In this document: positions 26,324 through 35,717 of the stretch, in pieces
Numbering within the stretch: position 1 is the first letter of the stretch
How the letters are laid out: each line of letters starts with the position of its first letter
Source: Eubacteriales bacterium
GTDB lineage: Bacteria; Bacillota; Clostridia; Oscillospirales; CAG-272
Assembly (NCBI GenBank): GCA_045532215.1
Contig: JAZSFM010000061.1
Location: 1 to 61,632, forward strand
DNA length: 61,632 bases
Direction of reading: 5' to 3'
Notes under the pieces: generated by a model
The model's database searches: none
What the model was told of the DNA's origin: nothing
What the model saw: only the letters and a program-made list of their open reading frames with translations
Position numbers and translations under genes: made by a program

Positions 26324-27208
26324 ATGAAAAGAACCGGATTTATATCGATTGTAGGACGCCCCAACGTAGGTAAATCGACTCTGCTCAACAGTATTTTGGG
26401 GGAGAAGATCGCAATCGTTTCCAACAAACCCCAAACCACACGCAACCGCATTGCAGGGATTGAGACGCGCGGAGAGGATCAATTCGTATTTCTTGATACT
26501 CCCGGCATCTTTAAGCCGCAAAACAGTCTTGGTGACTTTATGGTCAAGACTGCCAACAGCACCATGCAAGAGGGCGATATGGTTATTCTCGTGGCCGATG
26601 TGGGCTACCGTCCCGGTGACGTAGAGGAGGGCATCATTGCCTATCTCAAAAAATCGGGCACCCCTGCCATTCTCGCGCTCAATAAAGTTGATCTTTATCG
26701 TCGCGAGCAAATTGCCGAAACCATTGCGGCGTATGCGGCTTTGCACAATTTTGAGGCGGTTGTTCCGATTTCCGCAAAGAAAGGGAAGTATGTGAGCGAG
26801 GTTCTCGACGAATGTGCCAAGCTGCTCCGTGAGGGCGATTGGTTCTATGACGAGGACATGATCACCGACCAGCCACAGAGACAAATGGTTGCCGAGATCA
26901 TTCGTGAGAAGATTTTGCGCACACTTGATAAAGAGATTCCCCATGGCGTTGCCATCGTGGTAGAAGAATACCGCGACGAAGGTAGCATCGTGCGTATTCG
27001 CGCCGAGATCTTTTGCGAAAAAGCATCGCACAAGGGCATTCTCGTTGGCAAGAACGGAGAAACCCTCAAGCGCATCGGCTCCTATGCCCGTGAGGATATG
27101 GAAAAGTTGCTTGACGCACAAGTTTATCTCAACCTTTGGGTAAAGGTGAAGGAAAACTGGAGAGACAGCGCGCGCGGTATCCTCAATTTCGGCTACACCG
27201 AAGAATAA
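26324..27208 (+). CDS. era: GTPase Era
   Basis: GRPNVGKSTLLN, DTPG and NKVD motifs, plus a C-terminal KH domain. ATG at 26324; the track ORF starts at an upstream TTG. Confidence 0.95.
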   Translation: MKRTGFISIVGRPNVGKSTLLNSILGEKIAIVSNKPQTTRNRIAGIETRGEDQFVFLDTPGIFKPQNSLGDFMVKTANSTMQEGDMVILVADVGYRPGDVEEGIIAYLKKSGTPAILALNKVDLYRREQIAETIAAYAALHNFEAVVPISAKKGKYVSEVLDECAKLLREGDWFYDEDMITDQPQRQMVAEIIREKILRTLDKEIPHGVAIVVEEYRDEGSIVRIRAEIFCEKASHKGILVGKNGETLKRIGSYAREDMEKLLDAQVYLNLWVKVKENWRDSARGILNFGYTEE

Positions 27209-27226
27209 TACAGAAAGGGAACTGCT

Positions 27227-28057
27227 ATGCGACACGAAAGCATTGACGGCGTTGTTGTGCGCGTGCGTGACTACGGTGACCACGACCGCTATCTGTCGGT
27301 GCTTACGGCAGAGGCGGGGAGAATTACCGTCCTTTCTAAGGGTGGGCATTCGCTCAAAGGGCCGCAAACCGCCATCAGCCAACTCTACACCTACGCAAAC
27401 TTTGAATACTACCGCCGTGGTGAATTTAATATTCTCAAGGGCGGCTCTGCCTATCAGCATTTTTATGCTCTGAGTATGGATATCGACCGCCTCAATCTCG
27501 CGGCGTATCTCTGCGATCTTGCGTGCGAGTTGACCGACGAGGGAGAGCCCGCACCCGAGATGCTTCGTTTGCTTCTCAATTCGCTTTACGCAATTTCAAA
27601 AGACCTCTATCCGCAAGAAATCATCAAGGGTGCTTTTGAACTCCGCGCTATGGCAATGTCGGGTTATGCTCCCGACCTTGGCGCTTGCTCTGTTTGCGGA
27701 CGCGACCAAGACGAGCATTTCTATCTGCACATTATGAACGGCTCACTCCTTTGCTCCGAGTGCTTTTCTGAGAAAGGAAAAGAGGTCAAAAAGTTTACAG
27801 ATGCATCCTATGACGACATTCGCGAGAGCGAAACCGTTGCAGGACTTTCCCCTGCTGTGTGTGCGGCAATGCGGTATTGCTTGACCGCACCTCTTGAGCG
27901 GTTATTTGCTTTTGGGCTCGAAGAAGCCGTCGATATGGATGACTTTGCACGTGCCGCACAAACCTATACACTCTCTCACCTTGAGAGGGGATTTGATTCA
28001 CTCAATTTTTACCACACAATGCGAGCACCCCTGCCGCATAAGGAAACCAAGGTATGA
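27227..28057 (+). CDS. recO: DNA repair protein RecO
   Basis: OB-fold N-terminus, the zinc motif CSVCG...CSEC, and its position after era. Confidence 0.88.
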   Translation: MRHESIDGVVVRVRDYGDHDRYLSVLTAEAGRITVLSKGGHSLKGPQTAISQLYTYANFEYYRRGEFNILKGGSAYQHFYALSMDIDRLNLAAYLCDLACELTDEGEPAPEMLRLLLNSLYAISKDLYPQEIIKGAFELRAMAMSGYAPDLGACSVCGRDQDEHFYLHIMNGSLLCSECFSEKGKEVKKFTDASYDDIRESETVAGLSPAVCAAMRYCLTAPLERLFAFGLEEAVDMDDFARAAQTYTLSHLERGFDSLNFYHTMRAPLPHKETKV

Positions 28058-30438
28058 ATTTTACACAAAAAACACTCACAACTCTTGAATTTGATAAAAT
28101 TTGCGAAATGCTTGCCGACTGTGCACCCACCGCGGGCGCGCAATCTTTGGCGCGCAGATTGACACCGTCGAGCGATGCAGTTGAAGTATTGCGCCGTCAG
28201 CGCAGAACGACTGATGCGCGCAGACTGCTTGAAACCAAGGGTATGCCGCCCTTTGGCACGGTTATCGATGTCTCCGACGCTTGCGAGCGTGCCGTTAAGG
28301 GCGCGGTGCTTTCAATGCGCGAAATTTTGGATGTCGGTCGACTTTTGCGCTCTGCCCGTCAAGTGGGCGAGTATGCCAAAGCAAATCGCACGTTTGAAAC
28401 AACACTCGATGAAATATTCGGACGCTTGCTTTCCAACCGACATTTGGAAGACAGCATTTCGCGCTCGATTATTTCTGAGGATATGATTGCGGACGAGGCC
28501 AGCCGTGAGCTTGCCGAAATTCGCCGCAAGATTCGCGAATCCAATAATCGCATCAAAGAGACGCTGCAACACTATATCAGCGGCTCTTACTCCAAGATTT
28601 TGCAGGATAATATCGTCACGATGCGAAATGGACGTTACGTTATCCCCGTAAAAGCAGAGTGCAAAAACGAACTCAAGGGACTGATTCACGATACGTCTTC
28701 TTCGGGCGCGACCATCTTTGTCGAGCCGATGGCGGTGGTGGATGCCAACAATGAGTTGCGTATGCTCCACTCCAAGGAGGAGCATGAAATCGAACGTATT
28801 CTGTACGCTTTTTCGTCCGACATCAGTGCAGCATCCGAGTCTTTGCGTCTCAACTACCTAAACTTGACCGAGTTGGCGTTTCTGTTTACCTGCGCCGAGC
28901 TTTCTTTGCGTATGGGCGCGGTCGAGCCCCGTATTTCGGGCGGTCAAACAGTAGAATTGCGCCGCGCAAGACACCCGCTCATTGACCCTAAAAAGGTTGT
29001 TCCCACCAACATCAAAATCGGTGGGGAATACGACACCCTGATTATCACAGGCCCTAACACGGGCGGTAAAACCGTAACGCTGAAAACCGTGGGACTGTTC
29101 GCCCTGATGACGCAATCGGGACTGCACATTCCCGCAGAACCCGATTCTTCTATCTGCGTGTTCAGCCGCGTGCTGGTTGACATTGGCGACGAGCAGAGTA
29201 TTGAGCAGTCTCTCTCCACGTTCTCCTCGCATATGGTCAATATTGTGCGTGTGATGGAAGAGGTTGACAGCACTTCGCTCTGCCTTTTCGACGAGCTTGG
29301 CGCGGGGACTGATCCTGTTGAGGGCGCGGCTTTAGCCATTGCCATCATCGAGTCAGTTCGCCGCGTGGGAGCACTCTGTATGGCTACTACGCACTACACC
29401 GAGCTCAAAACCTTTGCGCTTGATACCGAGGGTGTACAAAACGCATCCTGCGAGTTTGACGTTGCCACGCTCAAGCCCACCTATCGTCTGATGATTGGCA
29501 CCCCCGGTAAATCCAACGCGTTTGCCATTTCTTCAAAATTGGGGCTCCCCGAGGAGATTATCAATCTCGCAAAGGAGAACGTCAACCGCGACCATCAACG
29601 CTTTGAGGAGGTCATCGAGCAACTCGAGGCGACACGTCTGGAAGCTGACCGCGCACGTGATGAGGCAATGCAACTCAAGCGCGACTACGAAAAACTCAAG
29701 AGTGATGCCGAAAAAGAAATTAAAACACGTTTCTTTGAGGTGGAGCGCCAAATTGAGCGCAACCGCCGCGAGGCACAGCAAATGCTGGATAGCGCGCGCG
29801 CGTCGAGTGATTTTATTTTCGCACAACTCGAAAAAGCCAAAAAGGCAGAGGCAGAAAAGCGCCTTGTCGAGGAGCTTGACGAAGCGCGCCGTGCCGTCCG
29901 TCGCACCATTCGCGAGGGCAGTGCAAAAATCGACCCCGTTGAAGAAAAGAAAGACGAAAAATACGTGCTTCCGCGTGACCTCAAATGCGGTGACAAGGTG
30001 TATATCGTCAACATCGATAAAGAGGGAATCCTGCTCGAAACGCCCGATAAGAGCGGTTCCGTGCTCGTACAGGCAGGCATTCTCAAAACCCGTACCAAGC
30101 TTTCCAACCTGCAACTCATTGAAGAAAAGCCGCAACTCATCAGCGGCAAGCAAAAAAAGAACGCATCCGATTTTCACGCAAAGGTCAACCGCGATTTTCG
30201 CGACGAAATCGATTTGCGCGGTATGCTTGGCGACGAGGGGTGGCTGGCAGTTGACAAATATCTCGACGAAGCCGTGATTGCCAACTTTGGGCGCGTGCGT
30301 CTCATTCACGGCAAGGGAACAGGTGCGCTCAAAAACGCACTTTGGCAACACCTCAAGCACGATCGCAGAGTCAAAACTTTCCGCATAGCGGCATACGGTG
30401 AGGGCGACGGCGGTGTCACCGTTGTAGAGCTTAAGTAA
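28054..30438 (+). CDS. mutS2: Endonuclease MutS2 (MutS domain plus C-terminal Smr)
   Basis: Walker A GPNTGGKT, DELGAGTDP, and a C-terminal Smr domain (DLRGM...LIHGKGTGALK). Confidence 0.95.
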   Translation: MNFTQKTLTTLEFDKICEMLADCAPTAGAQSLARRLTPSSDAVEVLRRQRRTTDARRLLETKGMPPFGTVIDVSDACERAVKGAVLSMREILDVGRLLRSARQVGEYAKANRTFETTLDEIFGRLLSNRHLEDSISRSIISEDMIADEASRELAEIRRKIRESNNRIKETLQHYISGSYSKILQDNIVTMRNGRYVIPVKAECKNELKGLIHDTSSSGATIFVEPMAVVDANNELRMLHSKEEHEIERILYAFSSDISAASESLRLNYLNLTELAFLFTCAELSLRMGAVEPRISGGQTVELRRARHPLIDPKKVVPTNIKIGGEYDTLIITGPNTGGKTVTLKTVGLFALMTQSGLHIPAEPDSSICVFSRVLVDIGDEQSIEQSLSTFSSHMVNIVRVMEEVDSTSLCLFDELGAGTDPVEGAALAIAIIESVRRVGALCMATTHYTELKTFALDTEGVQNASCEFDVATLKPTYRLMIGTPGKSNAFAISSKLGLPEEIINLAKENVNRDHQRFEEVIEQLEATRLEADRARDEAMQLKRDYEKLKSDAEKEIKTRFFEVERQIERNRREAQQMLDSARASSDFIFAQLEKAKKAEAEKRLVEELDEARRAVRRTIREGSAKIDPVEEKKDEKYVLPRDLKCGDKVYIVNIDKEGILLETPDKSGSVLVQAGILKTRTKLSNLQLIEEKPQLISGKQKKNASDFHAKVNRDFRDEIDLRGMLGDEGWLAVDKYLDEAVIANFGRVRLIHGKGTGALKNALWQHLKHDRRVKTFRIAAYGEGDGGVTVVELK

Positions 30439-30450
30439 GGAGACAAGACA

Positions 30451-31194
30451 ATGAAAACAATCAACGTAACAGTTTGGAATGAATTTCGTCACGAAAAGAC
30501 CGATCCTGCTTGCAAGGCGGTCTATCCCGATGGACTTCACGCAACCATCAAGGCGTTTCTTGACGTCAACGAAGATATGAATATACGCTTGGCGGCTCTT
30601 GACGATCCCGACAACGGACTTCCCGATGAGGTTTTGAACGATACGGACGTTCTGATTTGGTGGGGACACATGGCGCACCACGAGGTGCCGGATGCCTTGG
30701 CAGAAAAGATCCGCGAGCGTGTTTATCTTGGTAAAATGGGCTTTATCGCGCTGCACTCTGCGCACAAGTCCAAGCCCTTTCGTGCAATTGTAGGAACTTC
30801 GGGCAACCTTTCCTGGGGCAGAGAACAAAAAGAAATTATGTGGACGCTTTTGCCCTCTCACCCCATTGCGGCAGGCATTCCCGACCACTTTATTCTCCCT
30901 CTTGAGGAGCTTTACAGTGAGCCCTTTTACATCCCGCAACCCGACGAACTCATCTTTTGCGGTTGGTTTGAGGATGGACACGTTATGCGCGCGGGTGCCA
31001 CTTTCCTGACCGGTGCGGGCAAGGTGTTCTACTTCCAACCCGGACACGAGGTTTGCCCCTCTTATCACGATGTTAACGTGCAACGCATCATTACCAACGC
31101 AGTCCGTTGGGCACAACCCAATGAGGTCGGCTACACCGTTCCCGGTGAATGCCCTCACATTACGTGGAAAACGGTTGACGAATTTAACAAATAA
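30451..31194 (+). CDS. ThuA-domain (trehalose-utilisation-like) protein
   Basis: VWNEFRHE...DVLIWWGH pattern typical of ThuA-like class-I glutamine-amidotransferase-fold proteins. Confidence 0.7.
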   Translation: MKTINVTVWNEFRHEKTDPACKAVYPDGLHATIKAFLDVNEDMNIRLAALDDPDNGLPDEVLNDTDVLIWWGHMAHHEVPDALAEKIRERVYLGKMGFIALHSAHKSKPFRAIVGTSGNLSWGREQKEIMWTLLPSHPIAAGIPDHFILPLEELYSEPFYIPQPDELIFCGWFEDGHVMRAGATFLTGAGKVFYFQPGHEVCPSYHDVNVQRIITNAVRWAQPNEVGYTVPGECPHITWKTVDEFNK

Positions 31195-31211
31195 CTTTTG
31201 AAAATAATAAC

Positions 31212-31322
31212 GAAGAGTAAAAATATCGGCGTTGGAGCAATCCGGAGTGCCTGTCGAACGGGGAGTTGTCGGTGGGACGAAAAGGGAATACCCCTTGCGG
31301 TCGATATTTTGCATCCCGCTTC
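31212..31322 (+). promoter_or_regulatory. THF (tetrahydrofolate) riboswitch
   Basis: GAAGAGUA...GCGUUGGAG...ACGGGGAGUUGUCG...ACGAAAAG...GCGGU...GCAUCCCGCUUC is colinear with the THF-I consensus, as in the E. siraeum aptamer. Lies upstream of folT. The downstream CCUCC can pair with the SD GGAGG. Confidence 0.85.
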
Positions 31323-31382
31323 ATTCGGCTATGGCGGCAGAAAATGCCTCCTTTTTGCCAACGAGGTGGAAGGAGGTTTTGT

Positions 31383-31928
31383 ATGAAAAACGAAGTTTCT
31401 AAAAAACGCCTTGGTAGCAATTTGCGCCTGCTGGCGGTTTCTGCCTTTCTTGCCGCTCTCAGCATTATTTGCGGCAAGTATCTCGCTCTGCCCGTGGGCA
31501 ACGTGCTGCGCTTCAGTTTTGAAAATTTGCCCATTCTTTTGGCAGGCATGATGTTTGGACCCATCACCGGTGTGGTCGTCGGCGTTGTTGCCGACCTTGT
31601 TGGCTGCGTGATGGTGGCGTATCCCATTAACCCTTTGGTTACGTTGGGGGCCGCTTGCATCGGACTTCTTGGCGGATTGTTGTTCCGCGTTACGAAACAA
31701 CTGCCCTTGTTGTGGCAAACCTGCATCACCGTTATTTTAACGCACTTGGTGGCATCGGTTATTGTCAAGACCTACGGGCTTGCACAATATTACGATATGC
31801 CGTTCCATATTCTGATGCTGTGGCGGCTCTTAAACTATGTCATCGTAGGCGTTGCCGAATGGCTTTTGCTCTACACGGTGCTCAAAAACCAAGCCCTGCG
31901 CCGCCGCTTTGAGGAATTGAGGGGATAA
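31383..31928 (+). CDS. folT: Folate-family ECF transporter S component
   Basis: Six-TM small protein preceded by the THF riboswitch and followed by folC. ATG at 31383 behind GGAAGGAGG. Confidence 0.8.
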   Translation: MKNEVSKKRLGSNLRLLAVSAFLAALSIICGKYLALPVGNVLRFSFENLPILLAGMMFGPITGVVVGVVADLVGCVMVAYPINPLVTLGAACIGLLGGLLFRVTKQLPLLWQTCITVILTHLVASVIVKTYGLAQYYDMPFHILMLWRLLNYVIVGVAEWLLLYTVLKNQALRRRFEELRG

Positions 31929-31931
31929 CAA

Positions 31932-33212
31932 ATGAACTACGAACAAGCACTTGAATATATCCACTCGGTCAACTGGACTTTTTGCAAGCCGGGACTTGAG
32001 CGCATTACTGAATTGTGTGCCGCTCTTGGCAATCCGCAAAATAAACTTCGTTTTATTCACGTAGCGGGGACGAACGGCAAGGGTTCTACCTCTGCAATGC
32101 TTGCATCTATCCTGCAAAATGCGGGATACCGCACGGGACTTTACACATCTCCTTACATTCGCACCTTTTGCGAACGCATCCGAGTGAACGGTGAGAATAT
32201 CCCCAAGGATACACTGGCAACTTTAACTGAACGTATTCGCCCTATTGCTGATGCAATGGAGGACAAGCCCACCGAATTTGAACTCATCACCGCCTTGGCA
32301 TTTGCCTATTTTGCAGAGAGCCAATGCGACGTGGTTGTGTTGGAAGTTGGACTTGGCGGACGATTGGATTCGACAAATGTTGTTGAAAATACTGCGCTTT
32401 CCATCATCACGGGCATCGATTTCGACCACACCGCTCTCCTTGGTAACACCATCGAAGAAATTGCCAAAGAAAAGGCGGGTATCATCAAGAGTGGTCGCCC
32501 CATCCTCTTTGGCGGTGGGGAAGGCGCGGCATACGATACTGTTTCGGGTGTCGCATTGGAGAAGAACGCCCCCTTTTATACCGTTGACCGCTCTTCCTAT
32601 GTCCAAAGAACGGCAACACTTGACGGCACAAGGTTTGATTATTTGCACTATAAAAATCTGGATTTGCCTCTGCTTGGTGCATATCAGCCCTACAATGCCA
32701 CGCTTGTGCTGACGGCAATCGATCTCTTAAACAAAGACGGTTTTTCCATTGATGAGGATGCGGTTCGCCGCGGACTGTCTTTGGTACGTTGGCCCGCACG
32801 CTTTGAATTGCTCTCTCGAGACCCTCTCATCATTTACGATGGCGGACATAACTCCGAGGGGGTGCGTGCCGCGGTAGAGAGTATTAAAACTTATTTTTCT
32901 AATCAAAAGGTCAACATCCTCAGTGGTGTGATGGCTGATAAGGACAGGAGCGAAATGATTGAAACGATGAAACCCATCACCGCTCACGCTTTTGCAGTCA
33001 CACCAAACAATTCTCGCGCTCTTGCGGCAGAGGAGTACGCCGCACAACTCGCGTCTTACGGCATCCCTGCCACATCTTACGCAAGCGTTGCCGAGGGCGT
33101 CAATGTGGCCGTTGAATCGAGTAAACAAGCGAAAATCCCACTCATTTGCCTCGGTTCACTCTATCTCTATGAGGAAGTCGAAGCCGCTGTTCGCGCGTGC
33201 CTTCGTTTCTAA
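31932..33212 (+). CDS. folC: Folylpolyglutamate synthase / dihydrofolate synthase
   Basis: HVAGTNGKGST P-loop and a Mur-ligase-family layout. Confidence 0.92.
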   Translation: MNYEQALEYIHSVNWTFCKPGLERITELCAALGNPQNKLRFIHVAGTNGKGSTSAMLASILQNAGYRTGLYTSPYIRTFCERIRVNGENIPKDTLATLTERIRPIADAMEDKPTEFELITALAFAYFAESQCDVVVLEVGLGGRLDSTNVVENTALSIITGIDFDHTALLGNTIEEIAKEKAGIIKSGRPILFGGGEGAAYDTVSGVALEKNAPFYTVDRSSYVQRTATLDGTRFDYLHYKNLDLPLLGAYQPYNATLVLTAIDLLNKDGFSIDEDAVRRGLSLVRWPARFELLSRDPLIIYDGGHNSEGVRAAVESIKTYFSNQKVNILSGVMADKDRSEMIETMKPITAHAFAVTPNNSRALAAEEYAAQLASYGIPATSYASVAEGVNVAVESSKQAKIPLICLGSLYLYEEVEAAVRACLRF

Positions 33213-33219
33213 ATAAATA

Positions 33220-33261
33220 CGTGAGTTCGAAACCATCCTCACGAAAAACAAAACTAAGGAG
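33220..33261 (+). promoter_or_regulatory. preQ1-I riboswitch
   Basis: Hairpin CGUGAG-UUCGAAACCAUC-CUCACG followed by the A-rich tail AAAAACAAAACUAAGGAG. The tail contains the SD. Lies directly upstream of queT. Confidence 0.8.
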
Positions 33262-33271
33262 AAACCCAAAA

Positions 33272-33775
33272 ATGAAAAACACAAAAGCGAGAGCACGTCT
33301 CGTCTACATCACCGAGGCGAGCGCCATTGCTGCACTCTACGTTGCCATCACCGTTGCCATAGGCCCTTTGGGCAGTGCCGCCATTCAATGCCGCATTTCC
33401 GAGGCGATGTGCATCCTACCCATCTTTACGTCGGCGGCAATACCGGGAATGACGATTGGTTGCCTGATTTCCAACATTGCAACGGGATGCTTGTGGCAAG
33501 ACATCCTTTTTGGCACGCTCGCTACACTCATAGGAGCAATCGGAGCATACCTTTTGCGCCGCATTTGGTGGCTGACGCCTCTGCCCACCGTGGTGGCAAA
33601 TACGCTTATCGTGCCCTTTGTTCTTGCTTACGCCTACAACGCGCCCGAGGGCATCGGATTTTTAATGCTTACCGTTGGCATCGGTGAGGTGATTTCGGCA
33701 TACGTGCTCGGAATTGCACTCTATTTTGCGCTTCGCAAAAACGCGCGTTATATTTTCAAAAACGCGAATTATTGA
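33272..33775 (+). CDS. queT: Queuosine-precursor transporter QueT (ECF S-component type)
   Basis: Small polytopic membrane protein (CRISEAMCILP motif) behind a preQ1 riboswitch. Confidence 0.8.
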   Translation: MKNTKARARLVYITEASAIAALYVAITVAIGPLGSAAIQCRISEAMCILPIFTSAAIPGMTIGCLISNIATGCLWQDILFGTLATLIGAIGAYLLRRIWWLTPLPTVVANTLIVPFVLAYAYNAPEGIGFLMLTVGIGEVISAYVLGIALYFALRKNARYIFKNANY

Positions 33776-33808
33776 TAACATAAGACCAAAACGAAAGGAG
33801 GTCGCGTT

Positions 33809-35152
33809 ATGGAACTTGATATTACCTTACCCATACCTGTCGTACGTGCGTTGTCCGTATTGGAAACGTGCGGCTATGAAGCATTTATCGTGGGCGGCTG
33901 TGTGCGCGACTGCCTGCTTGGTCGCACCCCCAACGATTGGGATATTACCACAAATGCCACGCCCGGGCAAATGAAAGCTTGCTTTGCGGATTTTCGCGTG
34001 ATTGAAACGGGCATCCGCCACGGCACGCTGACCGTTATTATTGACGGGATGCAGCTTGAAATCACCACCTATCGCAACGATGGGGAATATCTCGATAACC
34101 GTCACCCAGTGCAAGTGACCTTTTCCGAAAAAATCGAGGATGACCTCTCGCGCCGCGATTTTACCGTTAATGCAATGGCGTATCATCCTGCGAGGGGATT
34201 GGTTGACCTTTTTGGTGGCAGGGAAGATTTGCAAACCAAAACCATCCGTGCCGTAGGAGACGCCAAAACGCGTTTTGAGGAGGATGGTTTGCGTATTCTG
34301 CGCGCCATTCGCTTTGCATCGGTGTTGGATTTTGAAATAGAAAACGATACTGCAAACGCGGTACACGATTGCAAGAATCTGCTCTCCGGTATTGCCGCGG
34401 AGAGAATTCGCGAGGAGTTCTGCAAGCTGATCTGCGGTCCCGGAGCGGTTCGTATTCTGCGCGATTATATCGACGTTGTTGCTGTTTTCTTACCTGAATT
34501 GCATCAATGTGTCGGTTTTGAGCAAAACACCAAATACCATTGCTACGACGTGTTTGAGCACACTCTGCACGCGCTTGAACTGTGCGAGGGAGACGATCTG
34601 CTCACGCGCCTCGGCATCCTCTTGCACGATATTGGCAAGCCCTTGTGCTACACCGAGGATGAGCAGGGCGGACACTTCAAAGGGCATGCCCCTGTTGGAG
34701 TTGAAATTACCCGTGCGGTTCTTTGGCGTCTGCGCTTTGATAACGAAACCATACGCCGCATGGAGCTTTTGGTCGAGTGGCACGATATTCCGCTCTCAGC
34801 AGAAAAGAAGCGTGTCAAGCGCCTGATGCAAAAATTATCGGATGCTGACATTCTACGTCTTTTGGAAATCAAACGCTGTGACCGCTTGGCGCACGCGCCC
34901 GATTTTAGGGAATTGCCGCCCGAACTCGATCTGATCCCCACCGTTATCGCCGAGATCCACGCCGAGGATGCCTGTCTTTCCTTGCGCACCCTCGCTGTTG
35001 GCGGAGATGATTTGATGGCGCTTGGGATCCCGAAAGGAAAACAAATCGGGCAGATGCTCCAAACACTTCTTGACGATGTCATTGAGGAACGTCTCCCCAA
35101 TGAAAAAAACGCCCTTCTGCGAGCCGCAAAAGAGCGTATCAAAAAAGCATAA
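33809..35152 (+). CDS. cca: CCA-adding tRNA nucleotidyltransferase
   Basis: GGCVRDCLLGRTPNDWDITT polymerase-beta-type head plus an HD-like region (LLHDIGKP). Confidence 0.9.
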   Translation: MELDITLPIPVVRALSVLETCGYEAFIVGGCVRDCLLGRTPNDWDITTNATPGQMKACFADFRVIETGIRHGTLTVIIDGMQLEITTYRNDGEYLDNRHPVQVTFSEKIEDDLSRRDFTVNAMAYHPARGLVDLFGGREDLQTKTIRAVGDAKTRFEEDGLRILRAIRFASVLDFEIENDTANAVHDCKNLLSGIAAERIREEFCKLICGPGAVRILRDYIDVVAVFLPELHQCVGFEQNTKYHCYDVFEHTLHALELCEGDDLLTRLGILLHDIGKPLCYTEDEQGGHFKGHAPVGVEITRAVLWRLRFDNETIRRMELLVEWHDIPLSAEKKRVKRLMQKLSDADILRLLEIKRCDRLAHAPDFRELPPELDLIPTVIAEIHAEDACLSLRTLAVGGDDLMALGIPKGKQIGQMLQTLLDDVIEERLPNEKNALLRAAKERIKKA

Positions 35153-35188
35153 GCCGTTTGTCCGGGACAAACGGCTTATGCTTTTTTT
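35141..35188. terminator. Bidirectional intrinsic terminator
   Basis: 17-bp stem AGCATAAGCCGTTTGTC / GACAAACGGCTTATGCT flanked by AAAAAA and TTTTTTT. Overlaps both stop codons. Confidence 0.9.
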
Positions 35189-35705
35189 ATTCTTCAATAT
35201 CCATCAAGGTAAAAGAAAATCTCAAATTGCCGGTGTAAGTATCGGCTTTTTGAATGTCCTTTTGGTCAATGCGAACAAATCCATCCTGTTTGCCGATTTC
35301 GGTAAAGGTGGCAAAAATGCCGCCCGGTTCAATCGATTCATCCTCTTTTGCCTTGGAATAAACTTTGTAGGGGAGCATGGACGTACCATCTTCGTTTTTG
35401 AGGACGAATGCATCATCGCTACCCGAAACGAGCACACAGATTTGTCGGTCATTTAAGGTGAGAATTTCGGAGATGTGAATGGTGAATGGAATATCCTTGG
35501 GACTGCTCTCGGCAGTGCGTTGCAAATCGTCGGCATAAATACCCGTAGGAACAGCCACCGAATAAACGGGAGAGTTATTTGCAATTACGGTTGCCGTTAC
35601 GGTTGCGGCGGAACTGCCTGTACCCTCGGCATAAAGTGTGAGGGGCATCATTCCCAAAAGCACAAGAACAAGGAAAAGTGAGAACGGTTTTGTTGGTATC
35701 TTCAT
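35187..35705 (-). CDS. Small secreted beta-rich protein, paralogous to the C-terminal module of the upstream RCC1 protein
   Basis: Signal peptide (…PLTLYA/EG). Aligns with residues ~430-560 of the 566-aa protein (YSVAVPT/YTVVIPT; VRIDQKDI/IRIDQSKI; TYTGNLRFSFTL/VYSGIMTFHYTV). Confidence 0.75.
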   Translation of the reverse strand: MKIPTKPFSLFLVLVLLGMMPLTLYAEGTGSSAATVTATVIANNSPVYSVAVPTGIYADDLQRTAESSPKDIPFTIHISEILTLNDRQICVLVSGSDDAFVLKNEDGTSMLPYKVYSKAKEDESIEPGGIFATFTEIGKQDGFVRIDQKDIQKADTYTGNLRFSFTLMDIEE

Positions 35706-35717
35706 TTCAAATCCTCC

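Noticed and set aside
25198-27460. 343-aa and 403-aa minus-strand ORFs
   Set aside because: They are antisense to ybeY, era and recO, all of which have diagnostic motifs. They are shadow ORFs.
29533-31314. 593-aa ORF on the minus strand
   Set aside because: It is antisense to mutS2 and the ThuA-like gene, and it spans an intergenic gap. It is a shadow ORF.
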